The notes beneath the pieces were generated by a model, which was not told the origin of the DNA, made no database searches, and saw only the letters and a program-made list of their open reading frames with translations. The position numbers and the translations under genes were made by a program. Source: Patescibacteria group bacterium (GTDB lineage Bacteria; Patescibacteriota; Patescibacteriia; Patescibacteriales; UBA12465). From it: a stretch of 64,000 nucleotides of DNA. This document shows, piece by piece, positions 37,736-46,485 of this stretch. The stretch lies in contig JBAZJR010000002.1 of assembly GCA_041651195.1 (NCBI GenBank), positions 117,857 to 181,856 on the forward strand. The letters are read 5' to 3'. Position 1 is the stretch's first letter, and every line of letters starts with the position of its first letter.

Positions 37736-38533
37736 ATGCCTTTGATTTCTGCCGCCCTATTGCCTCATTCGCCCCTCCTGATACCGGAAATCGGCCGGGC
37801 TAATTATGAATTTTTAACCAAGACCACGGCTGCCTACGAACGGATCAAGGCTGATCTGAAGGCAAAAAAGGTTTCCACGATCATCTTGATCAGCCCGCAC
37901 GGATCCGCCCAAGCGGATTCTTTCGTCTTGAATGTCGCTCCGGAAATGTTGATTGATTTGAAAGACTATGGCTTTATCCCGACTAAGACTGCCTTAGCTG
38001 GCGATGCCCTATTAGCCGATCAAATCGCTTCGGCGCTGCGGCCAGATTTTCCTTTGCAGCTGATTTCGGAAACAACTTTAGACACCGGCAGCGCTGTCCC
38101 CTTATACTTGTTGCAAAGCGGCTTGTCCAACCTGAAGATCGTCGTCATCTCGCCGGCGGAAGGCCTAGACTTATCCCGCCAAGCCGATTTCGGACAAAAA
38201 TTACAGACGATCATCGCGGCCAGCCCTAAGAATATCGCGGTCATCGCTTCAGGCGACTTATCGCACCGCCTCAAGAAGAAATCGCCCGGCGGCTATTCGC
38301 CCAAAGGCGCTAAATTTGACAATAAATTGATCGAATACCTGAGCGAACCGCAAACGGCGCGAGAAAATATCTTAAAGATGGATCGACGGCTGATCAAAGA
38401 AGCGGTCGAATGCGGCCTCAAGCCGATCCTGGTATTACTAGGCATCCTTGATAAAAGCGCGTGGCAGCCGGAAATATTAGCCTATCAGACCGATTTCGGC
38501 GTCGGCTACTTGAGCCTCGATTTTCAACTTTAA
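37736..38533 (+). CDS. LigB-superfamily protein (class III extradiol dioxygenase subunit B / Memo-like)
   Basis: 265 aa with 'LLPHSPLL', 'ISPHG' and 'ASGDLSHRL'. Confidence 0.65.
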   Translation: MPLISAALLPHSPLLIPEIGRANYEFLTKTTAAYERIKADLKAKKVSTIILISPHGSAQADSFVLNVAPEMLIDLKDYGFIPTKTALAGDALLADQIASALRPDFPLQLISETTLDTGSAVPLYLLQSGLSNLKIVVISPAEGLDLSRQADFGQKLQTIIAASPKNIAVIASGDLSHRLKKKSPGGYSPKGAKFDNKLIEYLSEPQTARENILKMDRRLIKEAVECGLKPILVLLGILDKSAWQPEILAYQTDFGVGYLSLDFQL

Positions 38534-38535
38534 AT

Positions 38536-38793
38536 ATGTCCGATAACTTCGTCTCTTTCTCGGAGATCATCAAGAATAAAAAAACCGTCAAAGCGCCGAG
38601 CTATCCTTGGCAGGACCTGGCTCTGCGCATCATCAAAGAGCTAAACATACCTAACTTTAAACGGTCGGCAATCTTCAAGATCTGCAAAGAAAAACCAGCG
38701 TCAAGCATCGCCATCGCCCTGAATGACACCAAGGAGCTTTGCCGCGACGGCGCAAAATGGAAATATTTCTTCAAGATTATCGACCAAAAATAA
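38536..38793 (+). CDS. hypothetical small protein
   Basis: Internal ATG at 38536, 3 nt after the upstream stop; 85 aa (MSDNFVSFSEII...). No recognised motif. Confidence 0.5.
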   Translation: MSDNFVSFSEIIKNKKTVKAPSYPWQDLALRIIKELNIPNFKRSAIFKICKEKPASSIAIALNDTKELCRDGAKWKYFFKIIDQK

Positions 38794-38797
38794 AAAT

Positions 38798-39301
38798 ATG
38801 CCCAAAGAATTAAAGATATTGATCCATCCGGATCCCGCTCTCCGGCTAAAGTCGCGAGAACTGGCGCCGGCCGAGATCCAAAGCCGGGAAATCCAAAACT
38901 TCCTAGCTAATCTGAAAGAAACCATGATAAAAAAAGACGGCGCCGGCTTAGCCGCGCCGCAAGTCGATCAGCGGCTCCGAATAATCGTTGTCCATGATGA
39001 AGACCAGACCATGTTCTTGATCAACCCGCAGATCACCAAGCGCTCCTGGGCGCGAGAGATAGAAGAGGAGGGCTGCCTGTCCGTTCTGAACGACCAAGGC
39101 GAAATAATCTACGCGCCGGTGGAACGCCATAAGAAAATCAGCTGCATCTACCTTGATGAAAAGGGGCGGAAACAAAAAATCAGCGCGGCTAAGATGCTGG
39201 CGCGAATCATCCAGCACGAAATCGACCATCTGGACGGGATATTGTTTATTGATAAGATAGCGAAGATAAAAAAGCGAGCAAAGCCAGAAAAGACAGAATA
39301 A
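38798..39301 (+). CDS. def: peptide deformylase
   Basis: Start at the ATG at 38798 (MPKELKILIHPDP). Motifs 'GAGLAAPQV', 'EGCLSV' and 'QHEIDHLDG'. Confidence 0.92.
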   Translation: MPKELKILIHPDPALRLKSRELAPAEIQSREIQNFLANLKETMIKKDGAGLAAPQVDQRLRIIVVHDEDQTMFLINPQITKRSWAREIEEEGCLSVLNDQGEIIYAPVERHKKISCIYLDEKGRKQKISAAKMLARIIQHEIDHLDGILFIDKIAKIKKRAKPEKTE

Positions 39302-39388
39302 ATATCTTCTCCGTTTCGGTCGTTTCTGTGGAAAAAATTAGCTAAAGCTCATTTTTTCTATACGAAATGACAGGCGATACGAAGGCAT

Positions 39389-40024
39389 TTATTCTTCCCT
39401 TTTTTCTCCTTTCCCGTTGCCGAAGCTCTTAATCATCTTCCAGCCGATCCAGGCAGCGCCAAGCAATAATAAGCTCCAAGATATCTCCCGATAATACTTA
39501 GATAGTAGTTCCTGGTTACCGCCGACAAAATAGCCGAGCGCGGCCAGGATGCTGACCCAGATTGCCGAACCCAAAACGGTATAGAGGAGGAACGATCCGA
39601 AGGGCATGCGAGAAAATCCGGCAGGGATAGAAATCAATTGGCGGATAGCCGGAATCAGGCGGCCGAAAAAAGTCGCTGAGCGGGCATTAGATAAAAAATA
39701 TGTTTCCGCCCGCGCGATCTTCTCCGGCGTGATAAATAATAAACGCGCTAATCTGGTGCCGGCTAATTTATAGACTACCAGTCGCCCCAGATACAGAGAT
39801 AAAAAATAATTAAAAATCGCGCCGATCACGCTGCCCAGGATTCCGGCTAGGATGATCAAAAAAATATCCATCTTCCCCTGCGCCGCTAGATAAGCGGCCG
39901 GCGGGATCACGATTTCTGAGGGAAGCGGGATAAAGGAGCTTTCGATCGCCATTAATATAATCAGCCCGGAATAGCCCAAGCTCTGCGTCACTCCTAGCGC
40001 CCAATTAAGCAACTCTATCCACAT
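39389..40024 (-). CDS. DedA-family membrane protein
   Basis: 211 aa with the DedA-typical 'ESSFIPLPSEIV' and 'GRLIPAIRQLISIPAG'. Confidence 0.85.
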   Translation of the reverse strand: MWIELLNWALGVTQSLGYSGLIILMAIESSFIPLPSEIVIPPAAYLAAQGKMDIFLIILAGILGSVIGAIFNYFLSLYLGRLVVYKLAGTRLARLLFITPEKIARAETYFLSNARSATFFGRLIPAIRQLISIPAGFSRMPFGSFLLYTVLGSAIWVSILAALGYFVGGNQELLSKYYREISWSLLLLGAAWIGWKMIKSFGNGKGEKREE

Positions 40025-40103
40025 AAGAAATAGTTAAACCAAATAAACCAAGCATTATCCTTATTATCATAGCATCCCTCCCTTTCCCCTGTCTACCAAA
40101 AAT

Positions 40104-41066
40104 ATGACTCAAACCGATCAACCGAATAAAAAAATCCGCACGATCTTCATGGGCACGCCGGAATTTTCCCTGCCGGGACTCAAATCCCTTCTCGCCGCGC
40201 CGGACATCGAGATTGTCGGCGTCTTCACCCAGCCGGACAAGCCGGTCGGCCGCCGACAGATATTGACGCCGCCGCCGGTAAAAGAATTAGCCGCGCAAAA
40301 TAAAAAACCGGTCTTCCAGCCCGCTAAGATCAAGACTGAAGCGACGACTATCAGGGGCTTAAATCCGGATCTAATCGTCGTCATCGCTTACGGCAAGATC
40401 ATCCCCGCGGAAATATTAGACATCCCGACCTACGGCTGCCTCAATGTCCATGCTTCCCTCTTGCCGAAATACCGCGGCGCCGCTTGCCTCAACGCGCCGA
40501 TCCTTAATGGCGATAGCGAAACCGGGGTGACGATCATGCAGATGGACGCCGGTCTTGACACCGGGCCAATTTTACGGCAAGCTAAAATAAAATTAAATGG
40601 CCGAGAAAATCTGGCTGATGTCCACGATGCTTTAGCCGCCTTAGGCGCAGAAAATCTTGTCCCGACCATAAGAGATTTTATCCAAGGCCGGATTGAACCG
40701 CAGATCCAGGCCGAAAGCGCTGCTAGCTATGTGAAAACTTTGAACAAAGAAGATGGTAAGATCGATTGGACAAAAACGGCTAAAGAGATCGAGCGGATCG
40801 TCCGCGCCTATAATCCCTGGCCCGGAGCTTACACCCAGATCGCAGCAGACGCTAAAACCATCAAGATACTGGCTGTCGAGCACGAAACCATCCCGAGCCA
40901 TAGCCTGAAAACCGGAGAAATATCTATCTCAGACCAAAAATTAATCATCCAGTGTGGACAGGATGCTTTAAGTATATTAAGATTACAGCTGTCCGGCGGC
41001 CGGCCGTTGACCGCGGCCGATTTCCTACGCGGCCATAAGGATCTGGCCGGACAGATATTAAAATAA
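40104..41066 (+). CDS. fmt: methionyl-tRNA formyltransferase
   Basis: 320 aa with 'IFMGTPEFS', 'NVHASLLPKYRGAA' and 'QMDAGLDTGP'. Confidence 0.93.
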   Translation: MTQTDQPNKKIRTIFMGTPEFSLPGLKSLLAAPDIEIVGVFTQPDKPVGRRQILTPPPVKELAAQNKKPVFQPAKIKTEATTIRGLNPDLIVVIAYGKIIPAEILDIPTYGCLNVHASLLPKYRGAACLNAPILNGDSETGVTIMQMDAGLDTGPILRQAKIKLNGRENLADVHDALAALGAENLVPTIRDFIQGRIEPQIQAESAASYVKTLNKEDGKIDWTKTAKEIERIVRAYNPWPGAYTQIAADAKTIKILAVEHETIPSHSLKTGEISISDQKLIIQCGQDALSILRLQLSGGRPLTAADFLRGHKDLAGQILK

Positions 41067-41086
41067 CTGAAGTACTAAATTATTGA

Positions 41087-41158
41087 GGTCCCTTCGTCTA
41101 TCGGTTAGGACGCCAGGTTCTCATCCTGGTAAGAGGGGTTCGATTCCCCTAGGGACTA
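41087..41158 (+). tRNA. tRNA-Glu(CTC)
   Basis: GGTCCCT TC GTCT ATCGGTTA GGAC G CCAGG TTCTCAT CCTGG TAAG AGGGG TTCGATT CCCCT AGGGACT A. CCA is not encoded. Confidence 0.9.
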
Positions 41159-41164
41159 CGAAGC

Positions 41165-41197
41165 AAAAAGGATTCTGCGAATGCAGAGTCCTTTTTG
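41165..41197 (+). terminator. intrinsic terminator after tRNA-Glu
   Basis: Stem aggattctgc / gcagagtcct (one G-U pair), loop gaat, followed by TTTTT. Confidence 0.7.
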
Positions 41198-41211
41198 ATT
41201 TATATTCGCAA

Positions 41212-41226
41212 CTAGGGGAATCGAAC
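41212..41226 (-). repeat. inverted 15-nt copy of the tRNA-Glu T-arm
   Basis: ctaggggaatcgaac is the reverse complement of gttcgattcccctag (41138..41152). Confidence 0.8.
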
Positions 41227-41353
41227 AGGTCAGAAACGAGCTTAGCCGAAGGCCAGCAGGCCGAGGCGTAGTGAGCGTCAGACGAAGCTCCGGGGGAGCT
41301 TCGGGCGCTGACCGCAACAACGAACGAGCGGACTGGTCAGCGAGTGAGGCGAA

Positions 41354-41370
41354 ATTCCCCTAGGGACTAC
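41354..41370 (+). repeat. direct 17-nt copy of the tRNA-Glu 3' end (att-like)
   Basis: attcccctagggactac is identical to 41143..41159. The similarity continues loosely into a degenerate copy of the terminator (aaaaagg...tctttttgat). Confidence 0.85.
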
Positions 41371-41584
41371 AAATAAAAAAGGCCCGGCATTGCGTCTTTT
41401 TGATGTTAAAAAAGAGAGAATACCAATTTATTCCCTCTATTAAGAAGCGCTTAGTTGTTTGATTAAGGCTGGCTATGAAATCATTAATCATATTTATAAC
41501 TTGAAATAATTAATATTTCCTATATTGAAATTATAGCCCTTTTTACCTCTTTTTAAAAAGGGGTCAAACGGATTTCTCGACCAA

Positions 41585-41625
41585 TCTTAATTTTTCTGAA
41601 ATCCTCTCTTAATTTTTCCGAAATC
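41585..41625 (+). repeat. two 19-nt direct repeats with 22-nt period
   Basis: tcttaatttttctgaaatc (41585..41603) and tcttaatttttccgaaatc (41607..41625), 18 of 19 identical, upstream of the 41761 operon. Confidence 0.7.
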
Positions 41626-41760
41626 TGCGCCTTCCCTAATTCCCGATATTAAGCCCAAATATGCTTCAGGGGGGCGCCGGTCTTGACATAAATATTAGAA
41701 TAATATAACATTATGTTAGATATAATTAATATAAAAATCATTTAATCAACTAACTGTTCT

Positions 41761-42333
41761 ATGACTCTAAAAAAATTCACTTCTTACCGGATGCTAGCGG
41801 TCATCCTCTTGAGCGCCGCGGTGTCCGCCGCTATCGTCCAGCAAAACTACCTGCTGGCTCTCGTGGCTATGGCCGTCGCGATGATCGCACTCTATCTGCT
41901 CAGACAGCGCGTTACCGACGTCATCGCTGATGAGCGCGACTACGCCATCGCCGGGCAAGCATCGCGCTACACGATTACCGTGTTCAGCCTGGCCTCGGTA
42001 GCGGTCATGTTCGTGATACTCTCGGCTCAAAGCGATAACCAAACCGCGGAAACGATCGCTTACCTGCTCGCCTATCTGGTGTGCGCCCTGATGCTATTAA
42101 ACTCTTTCATCTTCCGCTTCCTCAGCCTCCGCGCCAAGATCGGCCGAATCAGCCTTAAAGAAAAAATTAAAGCCTATCTGCCCTATTTTCTAATCGCCCT
42201 GATCTTGTCCGCCATTATCATTATTGGCGGATTAAGATTTTTCAGCGGCGAAGACGCCTGGATTTGCGCTGACGGCGCCTGGGTCAGGCACGGCCAGCCA
42301 AGTGCGCCGCAACCGAGCGCCCCTTGCCAATAA
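41761..42333 (+). CDS. membrane protein (DUF2178-like, tentative)
   Basis: 190 aa with 4-5 TM helices, followed 4 nt later by a small XRE regulator. I recall this pairing for DUF2178 proteins. Confidence 0.6.
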   Translation: MTLKKFTSYRMLAVILLSAAVSAAIVQQNYLLALVAMAVAMIALYLLRQRVTDVIADERDYAIAGQASRYTITVFSLASVAVMFVILSAQSDNQTAETIAYLLAYLVCALMLLNSFIFRFLSLRAKIGRISLKEKIKAYLPYFLIALILSAIIIIGGLRFFSGEDAWICADGAWVRHGQPSAPQPSAPCQ

Positions 42334-42337
42334 AACT

Positions 42338-42526
42338 ATGACCAATAAAATAAAAGAACTGCGCGCCCGCTACGGCTTTACCCAAGAAGAATTGGCCAAA
42401 AAAGTCGGGGTGCGGCGGGAAACCATCTTATTCTTAGAAGCCGGGAAATATAATCCTTCTTTGAAGCTGGCGCACGATATCGCCATCGCCCTGGAAACGA
42501 CTGTCGATGAACTCTTCCAATTCTAA
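42338..42526 (+). CDS. XRE-family helix-turn-helix transcriptional regulator (short, YozG-like)
   Basis: Internal ATG at 42338; 62 aa: [52 protein letters not shown].... Confidence 0.85.
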   Translation: MTNKIKELRARYGFTQEELAKKVGVRRETILFLEAGKYNPSLKLAHDIAIALETTVDELFQF

Positions 42527-42533
42527 AAATCAA

Positions 42534-42562
42534 AAACCCGCTTGCTTAGACAAAGCGGGTTT
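42534..42562. terminator. bidirectional intrinsic terminator
   Basis: 10-bp stem aaacccgctt / aagcgggttt with a 9-nt loop, between convergent genes. Confidence 0.7.
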
Positions 42563-42586
42563 CAGGCACTAATTTTCATTGCAACC

Positions 42587-42877
42587 TCAATAGATTAGTT
42601 TAACTTCTGTTAATTTGAAGCAGACAAAATCAGCGGTATTTCGACAAAAATATTTCCTCCAATATTTAACCGCACATTTCTTGCCGGCTTTTTGCAAAGA
42701 TCTGATGAGATCAGGGAGAGTAACGACAAAATCGTTATTTTCGATTAGATCTGATCGGCCAAATCTCTTGACAACTTCATTATCTGCCACCGGAATGACG
42801 CAATCCACTAGGCTCTCTAGGATCTCCGGCGGATGTTTTTGATCGACTGGAGCGACCAAAACCTTGATTTCCAACAT
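42587..42877 (-). CDS. hypothetical protein
   Basis: 96-aa ORF with a GGAGGTG Shine-Dalgarno upstream. Low GC. No recognised motif. Confidence 0.55.
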   Translation of the reverse strand: MLEIKVLVAPVDQKHPPEILESLVDCVIPVADNEVVKRFGRSDLIENNDFVVTLPDLIRSLQKAGKKCAVKYWRKYFCRNTADFVCFKLTEVKLIY

Positions 42878-43010
42878 GATACACCTCCGATCTTATTGTT
42901 TAAAGAACTAGTTGATTAAATAAGCATAAAGGACTATTGATTATAAATTAGCAAATTCACGACTAATTATCAATATACAAAATAATTGGCTTTTCCTGCT
43001 ATTTTTAGGC

Positions 43011-43039
43011 TTGTCAAACCCAAAATCTTTTGGTATCAT
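43011..43039 (+). promoter_or_regulatory. sigma70-type promoter for tRNA-Lys
   Basis: TTGTCA, a 17-nt spacer, then TATCAT, ending 14 nt before the tRNA 5' end. Confidence 0.5.
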
Positions 43040-43052
43040 CAATTTTGTAATT

Positions 43053-43125
43053 GCGCCTATAGCTCAGTTGGTAGAGCAACAGCCTTTTAAGCTGATGGTC
43101 GCTGGTTCGAATCCAGCTGGGCGCA
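43053..43125 (+). tRNA. tRNA-Lys(TTT)
   Basis: GCGCCTA TA GCTC AGTTGGTA GAGC A ACAGC CTTTTAA GCTGA TGGTC GCTGG TTCGAAT CCAGC TGGGCGC A. Confidence 0.9.
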
Positions 43126-43172
43126 CCGATAAAATTTACTAGGTCATATATCGATTTATAGAACGAATCTGG

Positions 43173-43208
43173 CCAAGGAAGCAGTTTCTTAGACTTCCTT
43201 GGTTTTTT
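43173..43208 (+). terminator. intrinsic terminator after tRNA-Lys
   Basis: Stem ccaaggaag / cttccttgg followed by TTTTTT. Confidence 0.7.
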
Positions 43209-43311
43209 GTAATCCTTGACTTATTTATAATTATATGATAAAGTCTAAAATCAAATTATGTTCTTTACATTATCGACTATAGATAATAAATAAAATAATC
43301 GGGAGAAACCC

Positions 43312-43683
43312 ATGAAAGTAAGGAAAGTTATACCAGTCTTAACAGTCATCTCTGTAATCTTACTCGCGGGGTGCGAAAAGATAGAAAGCCCCGCAGCGCC
43401 CACCCAACCGCCCGGACGGCCAGCCTACATCATAATGGAATATGACTCGCTTAGCGGTCCGAATGTCAATGACGTGATCGCTGACTCCGCTCACTTGGGC
43501 GAAGGCAAGATCATGTGGGTTGTCAGGCCCAAAGGAGATTATTTCTTCTGCTATAGCGAACATTTAGCAACCGCTAACCACTTAGGCCTATTTGTCACTA
43601 ATGACAAGTGGCGCTCCTATACGGCGATAAAGATGGGAGAAAAAGATCCAAAACTCTTCTGGGTCGTTTTTCAGAAACAATAG
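43312..43683 (+). CDS. small lipoprotein, hypothetical
   Basis: 123 aa with a signal peptide and lipobox 'LLAGC'. GGGAG Shine-Dalgarno upstream. Confidence 0.65.
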   Translation: MKVRKVIPVLTVISVILLAGCEKIESPAAPTQPPGRPAYIIMEYDSLSGPNVNDVIADSAHLGEGKIMWVVRPKGDYFFCYSEHLATANHLGLFVTNDKWRSYTAIKMGEKDPKLFWVVFQKQ

Positions 43684-43807
43684 CCCAGCCTCGGATAATT
43701 AGGACTTCACCAGCCAGTGAAGCCCTTTTTTATTTAACCGCCTCCGGATAAACGCAGCGATTTGTCATAACCGCAAAAGTATATTAAAGTAATAAGGTCA
43801 AAATATC

Positions 43808-43880
43808 GCCGACTTAGCTCAGCTGGTAGAGCAGCTGTCTTGTAAACAGCAGGTCGTCGGTTCAAACCCGACAGTCGGCT
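43808..43880 (+). tRNA. tRNA-Thr(TGT)
   Basis: GCCGACT TA GCTC AGCTGGTA GAGC A GCTGT CTTGTAA ACAGC AGGTC GTCGG TTCAAAC CCGAC AGTCGGC T. Confidence 0.9.
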
Positions 43881-43893
43881 CCCGCACATACTT

Positions 43894-43920
43894 AAAAATC
43901 GCCTGATGGCGATTTTTTTT
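43894..43920 (+). terminator. intrinsic terminator after tRNA-Thr
   Basis: Stem aaaaatcgcc / ggcgattttt, loop tgat, with a trailing T-run. Confidence 0.7.
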
Positions 43921-44047
43921 ACTATAACACCCGGTGGACAAACTGCGCAAATCCTGTGCCTAGATGCGCCAAAAACGCCCTTGAAAAAAGACCGGGCATA
44001 AGATAAGATAATAAAACAATAAAACCTTCTTAAAAATCCGATAAAAT

Positions 44048-45448
44048 ATGGCAACGAACGACCAAAATATCATGGCCAAAGTCCCGCCGCATAGCCTAGA
44101 AGCCGAAGAGTCCCTCCTCGGCTCTCTTCTGATAGATAAAGACGCGATCATCCGGGTGGCGGACACGATCATGCCGCAAGATTTCTATAAGGACAGCCAT
44201 AAGCTGATCTATGAAACGATGAAAGAGCTCTATGGCAACCAGGAACCGATCGATATCATTACCTTAGCCAACCGCCTGGAAGACAAGAAACAGCTCGCCG
44301 CTATCGGCGGGCGCTCATATCTCGCCCAGCTTTCTAATGCCGTCGCGACGTCCGGCAATATCACCAACTACGCCAATATTATCCAGCGCAAAGCCACGCT
44401 CCGCCGCCTGCAGCAAGCGGCCGCGGAAATTTCCAGCCTCAGCTTTGACGAAGAGCAGGAAATTGACGAAATTCTTGACCAGACGGAAAAAAAAGTCTTC
44501 GGCGTCTCCCGTAAATATTTAAAAAATGCTTTCTTGCCGATCGACAACCTGCTCACGGCCGCCTTTGAACGCATCGACGAACTGCATCGCCACAGCGGCA
44601 AGCTGCGCGGCCTTTCCACCGGTTTCCCGGACTTAGACAACCTCTTAGCCGGACTGCAAAAATCCGACCTCGTGATCCTGGCCGCCCGTCCATCCGTCGG
44701 CAAGACTTCCCTGGCTCTCGATATCGCTCGCCAAGCCTCGATCAAGAGTAAAGAAGGTGTCGGCATCTTCTCTTTAGAAATGAGCAAAGAGCAGCTAGTC
44801 GACCGCATGCTCTGTGCCCAGGCCGGTGTCAGTCTCTGGAAAATGCGGACCGGCAACCTCTCGGACAAAGAGGAAGATAATGATTTTGCGCGCATCGGCG
44901 AAGCAATGGGCAAACTGGCCGACGCGCCTATTTATATCGATGATTCGGGAACCCTCTCGATCATGGAAATCCGCGCTAAAGCCCGGCGCCTGCAGATGGA
45001 AAAAGGCCTGGGACTAATCGTCATCGACTACTTGCAGCTGATGGAAGGCCGGGGTAAATACGGCGACAACCGCGTCCAGGAAATCGCGGAGATCAGCCGC
45101 GGCTTGAAATCGATCGCCCGCGAACTGAATATCCCGATCCTCGCCCTGGCCCAGCTTTCCCGCGCCGTAGAACTTACTCATCCGGCTATTCCGAAACTAT
45201 CGCATCTGCGCGATTCCGGTTCGATCGAGCAGGATGCCGACGTGGTCATGTTCATTTACCGTAAAGCCGCCGACCGCGGCTATAATCCGAACGACCTGCC
45301 ATTAGAAGACCGCCACAAGGCGGAAATCTATATCGCCAAGCACCGCAACGGCCCGACCGGCCGGGTAGATCTCTTCTTCGACGAGAACACGGTCAGCTTC
45401 AAGACGATGGCCAAGAAACTGAGCGAGCCGGAGCCGGTAGAATTCTAA
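44048..45448 (+). CDS. dnaB: replicative DNA helicase
   Basis: 466 aa with 'PPHSLEAEESLLGSLL', Walker A 'ARPSVGKTS', 'VIDYLQLM' and 'LSQLSRAVE'. Confidence 0.95.
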   Translation: MATNDQNIMAKVPPHSLEAEESLLGSLLIDKDAIIRVADTIMPQDFYKDSHKLIYETMKELYGNQEPIDIITLANRLEDKKQLAAIGGRSYLAQLSNAVATSGNITNYANIIQRKATLRRLQQAAAEISSLSFDEEQEIDEILDQTEKKVFGVSRKYLKNAFLPIDNLLTAAFERIDELHRHSGKLRGLSTGFPDLDNLLAGLQKSDLVILAARPSVGKTSLALDIARQASIKSKEGVGIFSLEMSKEQLVDRMLCAQAGVSLWKMRTGNLSDKEEDNDFARIGEAMGKLADAPIYIDDSGTLSIMEIRAKARRLQMEKGLGLIVIDYLQLMEGRGKYGDNRVQEIAEISRGLKSIARELNIPILALAQLSRAVELTHPAIPKLSHLRDSGSIEQDADVVMFIYRKAADRGYNPNDLPLEDRHKAEIYIAKHRNGPTGRVDLFFDENTVSFKTMAKKLSEPEPVEF

Positions 45449-45477
45449 ATATTTTAACTATCTAAAATATAAAAATT

Positions 45478-45753
45478 ATGTTCAATAAACTAAAACAGAT
45501 CCGGGATCTGCGCAGCCAGGCCAAGACCATGCAAAACGTCTTAGCCCAAGAAACGATCACCGAAGAAAAAAACGGCGTGAAAGTCGTTTTGAACGGCAAT
45601 ATGGAAGTGCTGGAACTGAAATTGGGCGATGGCTTAACAAAGGAAGAACAAGAGAAAAACTTAAAGAATTGCTTCAACGACGCTTTGAAGCGCGCCCAGC
45701 GGATCATGGCCAAAAAACTGCAGGATATGGGCGGCATCCCGGGTATGAACTAA
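45478..45753 (+). CDS. ybaB: YbaB/EbfC nucleoid-associated protein
   Basis: 91 aa in the conserved position directly upstream of recR. 'NMEVLELKL' and the 'AFNDALKRAQ'-like region fit the family. Confidence 0.8.
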   Translation: MFNKLKQIRDLRSQAKTMQNVLAQETITEEKNGVKVVLNGNMEVLELKLGDGLTKEEQEKNLKNCFNDALKRAQRIMAKKLQDMGGIPGMN

Positions 45754-45776
45754 GCTCTAGGCTAATCGAAATAACC

Positions 45777-46373
45777 ATGAAATATCCGGCCGCCATCCAA
45801 AATCTGATTGAAAAATTATCCGCCTTACCGAGCGTCGGGCCCAAGACGGCCGAACGCTATGTTTTTTATCTACTCAAACAAAGCGCAGAAAAAATAAAAA
45901 GCTTGGCAACGGCCATCAGCGAATTAAAAGATAAGACGACCGTCTGCCATATCTGCGGTGCCATCGCCGAAAATGACCCCTGCGCGATCTGTAACGATCC
46001 AAGCCGCCAGAACGAGACGCTCTGCATCGTAGAAAACACCCAGGATCTAGCGGCCCTGGAAGCGACAAAACAATATAACGGCAAATACTTCGTCCTCGGC
46101 GGTCTGATCAACACGATCACGGAAATCAAGCCAAGCGACCTTAATATCCAAAAATTAGCCAGACAGATCAAGACAGGCGGCATCAAAGAAGTGATCCTGG
46201 CTCTAAATTTTACCTTAGAAGGAGAAACCACGGCTTTATACCTGACTAAGATGTTGAAAGATCATCTAAAAATAAGCCGCTTGGCCAAAGGCCTGCCAGC
46301 CGGCTCTAATCTGGAATACGCCGATGAGCTCACGCTCGGGAGCGCTTTAAGAAATAGACAGGAGGCTAAATAA
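45777..46373 (+). CDS. recR: recombination protein RecR
   Basis: Start at the ATG at 45777 (MKYPAAIQNLIEKLSALPSVGPKTAERY). Zinc finger 'CHICG...CAIC' and a Toprim region. Confidence 0.92.
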   Translation: MKYPAAIQNLIEKLSALPSVGPKTAERYVFYLLKQSAEKIKSLATAISELKDKTTVCHICGAIAENDPCAICNDPSRQNETLCIVENTQDLAALEATKQYNGKYFVLGGLINTITEIKPSDLNIQKLARQIKTGGIKEVILALNFTLEGETTALYLTKMLKDHLKISRLAKGLPAGSNLEYADELTLGSALRNRQEAK

Positions 46374-46398
46374 TTTATCAAAACACTCTGTTTATATA

Positions 46399-46428
46399 TA
46401 AACCACCACAGATAGGTCGGTGGTTTTT
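46399..46428. terminator. bidirectional terminator between recR and the DGR RT
   Basis: Stem aaaccacc / ggtggttt with an 11-nt loop and a trailing T-run. Confidence 0.6.
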
Positions 46429-46485
46429 TGATTTATATATTTAGCAAATATTGTTTAATATGTCAAAAGATGTTATAATAACTCA

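Noticed and set aside
41083-41271. 62-aa plus-strand ORF
   Set aside because: It overlaps tRNA-Glu and its terminator; the translation is an artefact.
43734-44172. Minus-strand ORFs of 106 aa and 70 aa
   Set aside because: They overlap tRNA-Thr(TGT), its terminator and the dnaB promoter/5' end, with no Shine-Dalgarno.
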